The translations under genes and the position numbers were made by a program. Below are positions 1 to 14,257 of a stretch of DNA of 64,000 nucleotides, in pieces. This DNA comes from the human T2T-CHM13v2.0 reference genome, Homo sapiens. The stretch is from NCBI RefSeq assembly GCF_009914755.1, contig NC_060934.1, one strand, 5' to 3'. How positions within the stretch are numbered: position 1 is the first letter of the stretch; every line of letters begins with the position of its first letter. The notes below the pieces were generated by a model that saw only the letters and a list, made by a program, of their open reading frames with translations, did not search any database and was not told the origin of the DNA.

Positions 1-208
1 GGAATAGTAGACACTGGGGAATACAAAAGTGGGGAAAGAACGAGTAAGGATTGAAAAAAATTACCTATTGGGTACTATGCTCACTACCCCGGTGATGGAT
101 TCATTCGTATTCCAGGCTTCGGCATCACACAATATCTTCGTGACAAACCTGCATTTCTATCCCCTAAGTCTAAAATAAAAGTTGAATAAAGAAAAAATAA
201 TAAATAAA
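1..208 (+). mobile_element. L1PA15/16-like LINE-1 3' UTR end with A-rich tail, cut by the window edge
   Basis: ACCTATTGGGTACTATGCTCACTAC...AAACCTGCA...CTAAAATAAAAGTTGAA followed by an A-rich tail; typical old L1PA 3' end. Confidence 0.8.
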
Positions 209-210
209 AA

Positions 211-1379
211 CAGTTCAGAGGCCTAAATGTAAGAAATAAAAACTAGAAAACTCTTAAATGAAAACATAGGAGTAAATCTTCATTGGGCAATGGTTTCTTA
301 TATATGATGCCAAAAACATAGCAACAAAAGAAAAAAATGTTATATTGGAGTATATCAAAATTGAAATGTTTTGTGCCACAAACAATATTATCATGAAAGT
401 GAAAATACTCCCCACAGAATGGGATAAAGTATTTTCACATCGTATATCAAATAAGGAAATTGTTTTCAGAATATGTGAAGAATACTTAATCATAAAAAAG
501 CAAATTAAATAATGAGTGAATAATTTGAATACGTATTGCTCCAAAGAATATATACAAGTGGCTAATAAGCACATACAAAGAATCTCAACATCATTAGTCA
601 TTAGAGAAATACAAATCAAAACTACAATAAGATGCCAGTTTAGATCTAATAGAATACTATAATAAAAAAGAAATATAATAATAAGTGCTAACAAGGGTAT
701 ACAGAAGTCCGCACCCCCATGAACTACTGGTGGAAATGCAGAGTAATGCAGCAATTCTGGAAAAAAGTTTGACAGTTTCTCAAAATGTCAAACATAGAGT
801 TACCATATGATTCAGCAACTTCACTCCCATATATATGCCCAAAAGAAATGAAAACATACCCACACAAAAACTTCTACATGAACGTTCACAGCATATTTAT
901 TCCTTATATCCAGAAAATGGAAAAACCCAAATATTCCTCAACTGATGAATGGATAAACAAAATGTGGATTATCCATAAAATAGAGTATTATGTTGCAATA
1001 AAAAGGAATAAAGTACTGATATACGCTACAATATAAATAAACCTTAAAAACACTGTGCCAAGTTAAAGAAGAAGCCAGTCACAAAAAGCAAAAGCATATT
1101 CTGTGGTTCCATTTATGTGCAATATGAATGGGCATATTTTAGAGACATAAATTAGATTAGTGGTTGCTTAGGGATTGGGGTGTTTTTATAGGAGAGAATG
1201 GGGATTGATAGCTAATGAATATGGAATTTCTTTTAGATGAAAGAAAAATATTCTAAACTTACATCGTGTGATGGTTATGCTGTCCTGTGAATACGCCAAA
1301 AAGCAGTAAATTGTATACTCAAAGTGGGCAAATTATATAGAATGTGAATTATATTTCAATAAAGCTGTTGAGAAAAAAG
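211..1379 (+). mobile_element. Old L1M (L1MB/ME-type) ORF2 3' end and 3' UTR
   Basis: ORF 785..1036 gives degenerate ORF2 C-terminus (IELPYDSA...STDEWINKMW...EYYVAIKRN); ends GTGAATTATATTTCAATAAAGCTGTT. Confidence 0.85.
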
Positions 1380-1959
1380 ATTCAATGTGCCATATATCTT
1401 ATAATGGTTTTATTCCATGAAAGGGCATTCATAGCCTTTATTCATTATTATGGTTATGCTATTGTGATTGTGATTTTTTTCACACAATCACAAAGCAAAT
1501 ATAATCACAAAGCTATGACAGTTTCTGTTTCATAATATTTGAAGCTTGATTTAACGTACTTTTGACAGTTCAAACCTATTTGCCAAAGTTACTGCCACTG
1601 AAATAAAAAAAGAGAAAAAAAGAAAAAAAAATTTGCTAAACAAGCTTTTCTAAATAAAAAAAAAAAAAAAAAGAGGCAATTTGTTTTCACTCTTTTAGTC
1701 CAGGGGATCTGACTTGATGTGTTTTCTGAGCTGCAAGTTCTTCTGTTCTAACCTGTATTCTGCTGCACGTGCCAGGATTCATGCCAAATATTTTGTGTAG
1801 CATTTCTAGAAGGTACACATTAAAATTCAGTTCCGTGAAAAAAGACATTTACTGTTTGTTTCCATTCTGGATCAGAAAATGGCCAATGCCATTAGGAAGG
1901 AAGAATAACACATTACAGCTAAAATAAATACTATATCCATGAGCCTGGAAAACAACCAG

Positions 1960-2310
1960 CGTTGGTGAACGAAAGAGACTGGATTACAGATGACAGAATC
2001 CATAGGGGGCTCTGGAGTTCAACTCCACTGTTGTTTATCACAGTTTAAGAGGTGGCCCAACTTGAGGCACAGGTGTTGAGCTTTTATAGTGCTGCAATGA
2101 TTAGTCATTGGTTTGGGATCATAAGCAGAGGACTGTAAATTACTAAGCATTCCCTGCTCTGGTCTAAGAGGCTCTAGTAGCCCAAAGGTAATCCTCTAGA
2201 GAAAGTTGCAGGTGTGATTTCCTGGGAGAAGTACACAGAAGTTAGAAGCCATGCACCCAGAATTAATAAAGATGACTAGAAGAGACCTGGGCAGAGTACC
2301 TACAGACTAC
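1960..2310 (-). mobile_element. Ancient ERVL-type LTR fragment (LTR16/33-like)
   Basis: Degenerate resemblance (CCATGCACCCAGAA...CTGGGCAGAGTACC...CTACA end); family uncertain. Confidence 0.35.
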
Positions 2311-2379
2311 AATGTTTACAACGATAAAGAAAAAAATAAAACACATACCACAGTACCAATTAGAACTAAGCTAAAAATC

Positions 2380-2580
2380 TCAGTGCTGTACTCATTACCT
2401 GGGTGGCCCTAGGCAAACTACTTCTCATTCCTGAATTTCAGTTTTCTCATATGTAAAATAGAAAGGTTAATAGCATATACTTTATAAGTTTGTTATAAGA
2501 AACCAATTAGAAAATATATGCAAAACCATTTAAAACTGTATCTTAACTATAATAGCTACTAAATAAGTGGCTATTATTGT
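2380..2580 (+). mobile_element. MIR SINE
   Basis: MIR core: GGCAAACTACTT...TTCAGTTTTCTCATATGTAAAATAG. Confidence 0.75.
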
Positions 2581-3768
2581 TACTATCATCATCATTATTC
2601 TTTCCTGGGCTAGAATAGTTCTTTGAATTAAACAGCATAGTAAATCTGGATTTCTTGACACTTCTTTACATCTAAATCTCAATCTCCTCTGGTTTTAAAA
2701 TATTTAACTCTCTGCTCTGTTTCTCAGCCTTAGGAAATGTCCTCCTCTTCCGCATCTTCCTCCTTTCCCTCTCCTTGTTGCTTGACCCTCAAGTCTGTGT
2801 CCCCCTGACCTTGACTTTGGAAGCAGTCAATTTAGACAGTACCAGGCCAAACCATGAGAATGTGACTCCAAGACTAATGGATTGTGTCAGGTATCTGCAT
2901 TCTGAAATTAATAGAAATACCACCAGCTCCCAGGAAGCCCTGCCAAAAAGCAAAGGTGAGAAGGACTTCCAGCAGCAACAGTGCTGCAGTAGTAGGGCCT
3001 TGATTAAGGTCAGCAAAGGACTGACTGCAGAACAGGACTTCTAGGGCTCAGGCAAAGAAGAAAAGACTTGGTAAGTTGTAGAAATTTTAAAATGTGATTT
3101 CATGTCTTCGCTGGGTAAAATTGTTTTTTATCTGAATGATAAAGGATGAGATAACATCTAGGACATGGTGTCACTCAGATCCCCTTCGGCAGCCAGGTTT
3201 TTCTGTTACCTTAAGATCAAGACCTTTCAGAGAAACCCTGCTTCTCATTAGCCCCACCTCCTAAGCTGTTAGTCAAGTATTTTTCTCTGGAAAGGCAAGG
3301 TTGTCCCATTTGCCCACTTTGTTAATTCCTTTGTGAGATGTCATTTGTGCCAGGGAAAACAGACCCCAGCTCCACATAACAGCTTCTCAGAACCAAGTTT
3401 TCCTCTGCCCAGAACTCATGACAAAGGCCTCCAATGGGGTACTTTGATGAGTCAGCAGGAGAAATATTGCCCTTTGACTCTTTTTCTTGATGTCAAGGTG
3501 TCTAATAAATAAAACTCCTTGAAGATGAAGGAAATACCAATCAAACTATACTAAACCTGAGAGTGCATTTCAGGTTAGAAGGGAAAAATTATTTTGAGAC
3601 TATTCTTCTCTTATTGTATATTAATCCATTGGTCTCCATTTTTACTTATTATAAAATGCAAATTTAATATAGATTAGAACTTTCTCGCTGAAAGATGGCT
3701 CTAGGAGGAATATCAAGTAGATCAAAATTAGTTTTTACGTGGTAGCTCATTGCTATTTATTTGCTTAC

Positions 3769-3902
3769 CAATTGCTCTTCGCTTGGCAGATAAGGTCCCC
3801 GGAAGCATTCAAACCATCTCCCAAAAGCCTTCGACATCCAAAAAGAGATAGTGCTAGAATAAACTGATCTTGAACACCCAGGCAGGCATGCCAGCATTCA
3901 AC
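3769..3902 (-). other. Candidate internal exon (134 nt), probably non-coding or UTR
   Basis: Minus strand: ttccactcaccactgacgtctttgtag|GTTGAATG...AGCAATTG|gtaagc; unique sequence retaining several CpGs. Confidence 0.3.
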
Positions 3903-5193
3903 CTACAAAGACGTCAGTGGTGAGTGGAAATGTAGCAAAGAACAAAAGTACTCAACCTACTTGTGTTCCCAGTGGTCATGTGAATAAGCAGCACGGGAAG
4001 CAGCCACCAGTTACCAGTGTTCAACTCTGCTCCAAACCTAGGGAGAGATGGACGGTAGGGGTCAGAGAAGGTCCATGACATGACACATTCCAACTTAGCC
4101 CTTTGTTTCTTTACTGGCAAAAAGCAAACCTATGAAAAGAATAAGATTTATAGACACAACACAGGACTTCTGTTGCTTTTGTATAAAATGTCTGAGTACA
4201 AAAAGTAAAAAGAGCTGCAATTTCAGATGCCTCTGAGGCCCAGTAAATCAAAACACCAAGCAATCTTGTTTGAGAAACTATTATGTCTCCTAAACTGTGC
4301 TTCTGACTATGGGGATTCAAGATGCTATTTTCAAATAATGTACAATCTAGTTGAGATGACAAGACTAATCTGTATGAAAATATCAGGGCTTAGAGTTTGC
4401 TGCAATAAGAAAGAACAGCCTGAAGTTGTCAAAAAAGATGCTGCAGCCAACAGGAGTGTGGGTAACTGACAAAATTCTGCAAAACAGTTCAATAAATCAT
4501 CTTCTTTGAAAGGTGCTTATAAAATAGAAAAACAGGCTGCATCTGGTTAGAGGTCCCATGATTCAGATGGAGGCGCTACAGCATAGTGGACAGTTGGTCA
4601 ACCTGAATTGGACTTGGTGTGACAAAGAAATTAAGCTGTCAGGGATCTTTGGTTCATGCAGCAGAATCTAGCCTATTCTGATTACTAAAAACACTGTGTG
4701 TGTGTGTGTGTTTTGGTTTTGTTTTGTTTCGTTTTAGCAAAAATCTCAGGCCCAATTCTAATTCTACTTGTTTGAGTCTTGTGCCTAGCCTAGAACCATC
4801 CTTTGGACTATTCATACCCCAAGAGACCAATATGGGAAAAATCATTTGGTTGCATTACATGTTCCAGTTGCCCATTAATGGCCTTTTGGTAGATAAATTA
4901 CCATATAGCCCTGCCATTTTCCTGCCAAATTTATCTTCAGCTAAAATTACTTTTTTAAAAAATACTGTAGAGTTGGGAAGTTAAACTTCAGGAATTATGA
5001 TTGTATTGTTTTGGTGTAATAAATCATCAGCATTAGTCCCATTTGAGGGCTAATTTTCATTACCAAGTATCTTTTTTTCTCTTAGTAGGAAATATTTCTA
5101 TCCTGAGACAATAGGGAAAAAACCTATCCTATGCATTCTGCAGTGAAATCAGAGAGGAGATCTTTAAGAGCATGTGGCTTCTCTTACTTGGTA

Positions 5194-5503
5194 TTTTTTT
5201 AAATTTTTTTTTAGAAACAGGGTCTCACTCTGTAGCCCAGGCTGGAATGCAGTGGCATGATCATGCTCACTGCAGCCTCAAACTTCTGGGCTCAATAGAT
5301 CCTGTCGCCTCAGCTTCCCAGGTAGCTGGGATTACAGGCACACATCACCACCCCCAACTATTTATTTTTAGTTTTTATTTTTTTATAGAGACAAGGTCTT
5401 ACTTTGTCATGCAGGCTAGTCTGGAACTCATTGCTTCAAGTGATCTTCCTGCCTCGGCCTCCCAAAGTCCTGAGATTACAGGTGTGTGCCACCCCACCCC
5501 AGA
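5194..5503 (-). mobile_element. AluJ
   Basis: Poly-T then AGAAACAGGGTCTCACTCTG...ATCATGCTCACTGCAGCCTC (J diagnostics); full dimer. Confidence 0.9.
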
Positions 5504-5669
5504 CTTAAAAGCATACGGTTTTTCTCACTTTGCATGTCAGATTCCTTAGGAAATGTTTACTGTCACAATTGGCAGTGAAAAAAAAAAGCATATGGTTAGC
5601 CTTAAAATCATATGGTTTCTCTCACTTTGGATGTCAGATACCTTAGGAAATTTTTACTGTCACAATTGG
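5504..5669. repeat. Local duplication of a 69-bp unit (5504-5572 and 5601-5669)
   Basis: Ungapped alignment with 6 mismatches in 69 bp. Confidence 0.9.
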
Positions 5670-5989
5670 ACAGAATCTCAAAGAAAAGCTCCTATCATAA
5701 CAAATTCTTCCTATTGTCTGCAGCCACATTTTCTTTATGCTTCAAATGATGGGAAATGGGAACTGCACTGGTGCTCTAAAGAATACCAAAAAATTTAAAA
5801 TAAAACAATTATGGGACTTGGAAGATAAAATGTGCAAAACTATATGCCCGGATTAGTAATACAGTGTTATTATTGAAATCATTCACGTCCACAACAAACA
5901 TGAAATAAGAGTACAATGAAATCCTATATATGTCTTATCTCAATTCACCACTCTTAAAATCATCATCTTTTAATTATTTTGACTGTTCC

Positions 5990-6210
5990 AGTTATTCTGA
6001 ACTTGGCCAGTAAGGACCCCTTCAAGACAACTCTTCATCCATTTAACATGACCCTCATTAATCTTTTAGTACTTCCTTGTTTTCTGTCTCAATAAGATGT
6101 TTCACGGTCATTTTCTAATCTCTGCTCCAAACCTGGAATAAGGCATCCCAAAGAGACAAAATTATTTTTAGTGAGGAATAGTCTTTAGAAATAAAGATCT
6201 GAGTGCCACA
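5990..6210 (-). mobile_element. L1MC-type 3' UTR fragment
   Basis: CCAAACCTGGAATAAGGCATCCCAAAGAG...TTTAGAAATAAAGATCTGAGTGC resembles reverse-complemented L1MC4/5 3' UTR. Confidence 0.55.
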
Positions 6211-6272
6211 GAAGCTAAGAGTTCAACAGTACTATTTAATGTTTCATAGTAAATGTTTAGAATGTATTTTTT

Positions 6273-7798
<1,526 letters not shown>

Positions 7799-7859
7799 TA
7801 GAATGTATTTTTTAACTTCTAGTATAACAAATAAAGTAATCATATTTAACACATGAGAA

Positions 7860-9075
7860 AAGTCCCTTAAAAGAGATAAAATGCATTAAAAAATAATGAC
7901 CAATACAAAAGAAGGCAGGATAAGAGAATCAAATAATCAGTGAGACAAATATAAAACAATTAGCAAGATGGCAGAATTAATCCCACATATGTTAAGTGTA
8001 AATGAACTAAACACTATAATTAAAACATAAAGACATCAGACTGGGAAAAATAAGATCCAGTTCTATACTACTTACAAGAAACACACCTGAATATAACACA
8101 CAGATAGGTTAAAAGTAAAATGATGAAATAAGTTATATCAAAAAAACACTATATAAAATGTTCTGGCTCCATTAACATCAGCAGACTAGAGTATAAGGTA
8201 GGAAATACTATAAGAGTGCGAACAGATATATTTGCTGATGATAGAGAATTTGATAAGTATCATCACACATGTATGATAAACACTTTCAGCACACTAGGAA
8301 AATATGGGAACATATTTAATCTGATAAAGGGTATCTACAACAGAACTACAATTAACATCATACTTAAAGGTAAGCTATTGTATAGTTTTCTCCTAATTTC
8401 TAGGATAAGACAAAGGGGTACACTGAAATTACTGTCATTCAACATTTTGCTGGCACTTTTAGACTGTGTATTAAAACAAGATAAAGAAATGAAAAGCGTA
8501 ACAATTGGATGGAAAGCATAACATAGTCTTTATTGTAGATGACATAATATTACATATAGCAAATCTGAAATCAATAAGTGAATTTAGCAAGGTACTAGAT
8601 ATAAGATCAATCTTCCATAATCAATTATCTGCACTCCTAAGGTTATTTCTTACATCTGAAATGAATGTTCAGAGTGTTCCACAAGGCTCTTCACTCTGGC
8701 TAGGCCCAGGGTCTAACAGCTATCAGCACTGTTTAGTCTCTGAAATCACACTGCAACAATCAAAAAATAAAATTAGAAATGTAATATGATTACAACATCA
8801 AAGATTGTTATATGTATGGTAATAAATATAATAAACAATGTTAAAGACATAGGAATTTTAAATAAATTATGAATTATTGCTTAGAGAAGTCTTAAAACAC
8901 GTAAATAATGATATTCTACGTTCATGTATTTCAAGAAACAAAATAAGTTACCAATTATTTTCAAATTTCGAATTAATCTAAAAAAGCAACACAGTTACAG
9001 CCAAAACCTCAGCAACTTTTTTGTTTTTTTACATTGGGAAGCTGATTCTAAAATATAGTTAGAAATGCAATGGGC
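7860..9075 (+). mobile_element. Highly decayed L1M ORF2 fragments (EN start, RT)
   Basis: ORF 8216..8521 FDK...NLIKGIY...NIILKG...RQ.G...FNILL and ORF 8505.. IVDDIIL (decayed FADD motif). Confidence 0.8.
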
Positions 9076-11416
9076 CTCCAAAAACAGGTGACAAATTGGC
9101 AAGTTGCTGAGAATGAGGGATTACACACAAGGAGACAGGTTCTGGAAGCTTCTGAGGATCTAAGGAGGCTTGGTCAGCGTCTTGTAGTAAAGGAAGGTTA
9201 ATAATTCCAGTAGGAGGTTCCAGCATCAAAACAAGACCAGAAAGCATGCCCTGGAGAGTGGGCCAAGGAACTTTCTCTCTTGTGGTCATAGCTAAACATA
9301 GTCTTGACTCTCAGGAGTAGCCAGGTATGCCAAGTCTGTTTGTTTACACACAATTACTAACTCAGCATTCCTTCAAATTATATTGCATGAAGCTGAATAT
9401 ACCCTCACATTTCAAATATATTACTTGCACCAAAATTCAAATTACTGCATCATAAGAAGGTGTCATGAGCCTAATTCTGTCTTAGGGCCCACAAGCTTCA
9501 ACTAATATAAAGGACAGTCCCGTGTCCAAATAAAATCTCTTTAAAAGGTGGTATTTGTCTGACTCAGGACCCACAAAAGTGTATCATTCTGAGACTTTAA
9601 ACAATACATTGAGAAAATGTACATAATTTTATTATTTAACACAATGACTTGAAGATGCTTAATATATTAACTCATTGAAAATATAATAATTATGATTACA
9701 ATTATTTTTATATAATGTTTTGTGTCTTTGGCCCTTTACTGAGCTCCTTCCACCCACCCACACCCACCCAATGCACACTGCTCAGAATTCAGCCCAACCA
9801 GCGTGTTCCTTTCTCTACTACCTGCTAATTTCCTCCTCTTGATCATTTAAACATTCCTGCAAAAGTCTCCATTGCACAATTCAATTATCTCCCTATCACC
9901 AAGTCTCAAGTCTGGCTTTTCTCTTGATAAAGAGGGAGAAAATATCATATCCTGAGAAAACACTCCAGATTTGCTATCTTAAATCTGGAGCCGGTTATCC
10001 TACTTAATTACCATATCCTGAGAAAATTACCATCTCCTAAGCAAGCCGCCTTGCTCTTTAAAATGCAAGGTCTTAATTTTCTTCCTAAATTCTTTTCCCG
10101 TTTGACTTTTTTTCTCACAATGAATAAATCCCTGTTCAGAAACAATGTTTAGGTCTCATCCAAACATTTCAATTAACAGTTCCCTTCATTTGCATTTATC
10201 TTACTTTTTACAACAAAAGAAACCCCTGCCTTCCATCAGAGGCAGTTTCCTGTTAGGGAACAACTATTTTACTTTTTAAGAGTCCAATTCCATGAATGCT
10301 ACATTTACACAACATGGTTCATCTAAATGTATCAGCTCATGATATTTTAAAATTCTCACTGCTTCTCTTAGAACTTGGAGCCTGCTGAGACCCACTAGAA
10401 TAAACCGAGGCAGCCCCAGGAAAACTCAACCCTCCATTTTGATGGTAAGATGTATATTCCTGAGAAAAGGGACAGCACTGCCTGTCATTTCAAGAATATC
10501 TTTAAAAACAAGAAGTTAGGATGAAACAAATGGGGGGAAAGATGAAAAGAACAAAAAAAAATTTGTTACCCACATTCTATTTACAATTTCCTTGCTAACT
10601 CTTTTCAGTTGTTTGTCTAAAGTTTAAGTTTTTTGTTTTCATGGTAATTTGAGAGAACAATGAATAATAATGCGTTTGGATTTTATAGCTATCTTGAGCA
10701 ATCCAACAAAAATATAAAAGGGAGAATCTTGCCCAAGCTAGTAATTACAGATATCCTATTTTACAGGATAACAACGAATAGAAATTCTAAAGAAGGCTCT
10801 CATTCTTCTCTGGGCCCTTTAGATGGTTCTGTTTCCCGATGACTGCCCACGAGAAACTACCAAATACCATTGTTTCCTATTACAATGGAAGCCCTAGAGT
10901 CTCAAAGTGTCAAGTGGTACTAATTATTATTGTGATAAATGGAAAAATTCCTGCCTGCCCTTGGATAATGCTCTGTTGTTGAGGCACCCAAAGAATGCTC
11001 CAATGCACAAAACCCTTGCTGAGTGTTTTTTTTTTTTTTTCTGTTATACATCCTTTGCTACATTGATCTTATGATTCCTGCACAGATGGGCTCAAGAGAT
11101 AAAGCTAAGTAACAGACTTCACTCTACACACAATTGTCACTCATCTCTAGCAATGATGCCTTTCTTCATCACCAGGTCATTCTTCCCTTAGACAGGGCTT
11201 TTTCTCTGGAGTTGCTTAAGGCCCCATGGAAATAAAATTTTGGCAGGTCATGCCACCAGTAGGGTGGCATGCATGAATCCCACTCACAAGTAAGCTCACT
11301 CAATCCCCCAGTCTCTTCTCCCTTTCAGCCTTCCCCACTCCCAACTATAAAATGAAATGTGGTATCTTCCTTGTTGCTGTTTCATCATTGACTTTATCTT
11401 TGTTATCTTAAATCTG

Positions 11417-11610
11417 GAGCTAGTTAGCTCACTTAATTAGCATGAGACACTAATGAGGCTAAAGTCTTGAATTTGTCAAATAGTTCAGCCTAGTCTGGCC
11501 ATGGTTCCTAGGCCTAGATCATACCATTAAACTAGCCACCATCTTACAGTGTGTGCCAGGAGTGAAAGGGAAGCCCAGAAAAGAGTGAATCTTTGGACCA
11601 TTCCAAGAAT
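11417..11610 (+). mobile_element. Ancient tRNA-Ile-headed SINE (MamSINE1-like)
   Basis: GAGCTAGTTAGCTCACTTAATTAGCATGAGACACTAATGAGGCTAAAGTC resembles a decayed tRNA-Ile(AAT) head. Confidence 0.5.
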
Positions 11611-11672
11611 ACCTGAAATTGTAGTGAGACTCTACTTCAGTCATCTGGAGGCATAACTGTCTTTGCCTTTAA

Positions 11673-11800
11673 TTATGCCTAGTGTTCCATTATTGGAATA
11701 CTAAGCTTGTGGGAGTTATTTATATCCTACTGCTCAAGTTTATTGCCAAGGTCTGATTTTTCACACAAAAACAATTTTACAACATCAGGCATAAACGGAT
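11673..11800 (+). mobile_element. MER85 (PGBD3-derived piggyBac MITE)
   Basis: TTATGCCTAGTGTTCCATTATTGGAATACTAAGCTTGTGGGAGTTATTTATATCCTACTGCTCAAG...GGCATAAA; TTAA at 11669-11672 and 11801-11804. Confidence 0.9.
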
Positions 11801-11909
11801 TTAAGGAGTTTGAAATTCCTTCAAGGGGACAAATTTTCACTCATGAGGAAATTTAAAAATCATGGGATAGCATAGAATCAAATGCTTAATTATGTAACAC
11901 TTCGGGAAC

Positions 11910-12250
11910 TATATTAGTCAGCTTGGGCTGCTATCATGAAATTTCATAGACTGGGTGGCTTAAACAACAATTATTTCTTCCAGTTCTGGAGGATAAGAAG
12001 TTCAAAATTAAGATGCCAGATGACTGAGTTTCTGGTAAGGGCTCTCTTCTTGGCTTGTTGATGTCCTTCTTCTCACTGTGTCTCCACATGGCAGAGAGAA
12101 AGAGCAAGCTCTGGTGCCAGTTGTTATAAGGGCACTAATTCCATCACCAGGGCCCTATCCTCATGACCTAATTACTTCCCAAAAGCTTATCTCCAAACAC
12201 CATCCCACTGGAGGTTTGGTTTTCAACATATGAATTTTGGGGAGATATTA
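11910..12250 (-). mobile_element. MaLR LTR (MLT1A0-like)
   Basis: TATTAGTCAGCTTGGGCTGCTAT...GACTGGGTGGCTTAAACAACA...CAACATATGAATTTTGGGG. Confidence 0.85.
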
Positions 12251-12536
12251 TTTGGGGTGACTAGAATTTGGAATAGTCATGGAAGATGGCACAGAAGCCA
12301 AAGGAACTAGGGAGAATCTTCAGATGTGCATAGAATTTGGATAGGTAAGAAGACCCAAGGATGGGCCTTCAAAGTGAAGGAAAAGACACTTTCACATTTC
12401 AAAAACACATACTGATTCAGATTCTGTTGTTTGTTTCTCATTAGTGATGATGACTTTCAGAAAGTATTTAAGTCAGGGTAAACTCAGGGGAAAAAATGAA
12501 GAAAATGTTTCTCATGGCAGACAGTGCTAAAGATAA

Positions 12537-12865
<329 letters not shown>

Positions 12866-13635
12866 TAAGGGCTAGTTTCTATATAATAATAACTTATCTC
12901 TTACTAAACCATTTGACCACAAAAAAAAATTCTCAAACTTCCCAACTTCTCAACCAAATTCAAGACCTGAATTTCTTTTCAAGCCCAGGATATCTTTTCA
13001 CATGGAATGAGAGTTAATTTGCTAAGACTTCCAAGTATAAAGCAAATGCTTTGTTACTTTTAAACCAAATTAGCTTTGCTTAATAAGCATTAAGCCTATG
13101 AATTTTTAGCCTTTAATGACCTTAAGCACCTTATTCTATAACCCCAATGCTTTGGCAAAGATAAGAAAAATCACAGTTTGTTTTAATACACTCATGATTT
13201 AGCAATCCAATAAACTTAGTAATAAGTTGCAAGAATAAGTCATTTTTTTGGACTAAAACCAACAACATAATTAGCCTGGTGTACCCTTGGGCTCTTAATC
13301 ACAGAGCAGTCACCTTCAAAAGGAGTGAAAATGTTTAACACTTTAACAACAGAAGCAATTTCTGTTGAGAGAAAGAAGTTTCTCAGTGGAATTCACCTCG
13401 ACTTTTCTGGCAGGGGGCAGTGGAGCAAGAATAAAACACTGTCTAATACAGTCATGAAGGATATTGGCCTAAATTATGTTACTATTTCTGTTTACTACCT
13501 AAATAATGGTAACAAAGTATGAGGAACTTAATGGCCTCCCATTATTCAATCTTCCATCATTTTTAACAATCTATTTATTTTATTTATTTATATGGACAAT
13601 GAAGATTACAGAAACAAACTTATAAGAAAATATGC

Positions 13636-14037
<402 letters not shown>

Positions 14038-14257
14038 TTAAAAGGCCACATAATCCTTATCAGAGACAGATACTCTCCAGTTTGTAAAATTGGGACAAGA
14101 TTACAAATTAGACAAGCTTGAAAAATGAGATCCATTCCACAAATAGAGGTTTTTTGTGTTTACATTTAATCTCTTCCCTATGATCTTGAAGAAAAACAAA
14201 CGTCCTTTAAAACCCCTGCCATATTTACCATGGGTTGTCAGTTGATTTCCTCTAAAA

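Noticed and set aside
254-754. 166-aa hydrophobic ORF resembling a membrane protein
   Set aside because: Antisense translation of A-rich L1 ORF2.
1602-1672. AATAAA plus poly(A) runs suggesting a processed pseudogene end
   Set aside because: No TSD and no recognisable mRNA-derived body upstream.
11249-11271. 9-bp hairpin CATGCCACC/GGTGGCATG; similar stems at 25817-25839 and near 42700
   Set aside because: A few 8-9 bp stems are expected by chance in 64 kb; no supporting context.
11417-11490. tRNA-like sequence
   Set aside because: Decayed B box and no cloverleaf; best explained as the head of an ancient SINE.
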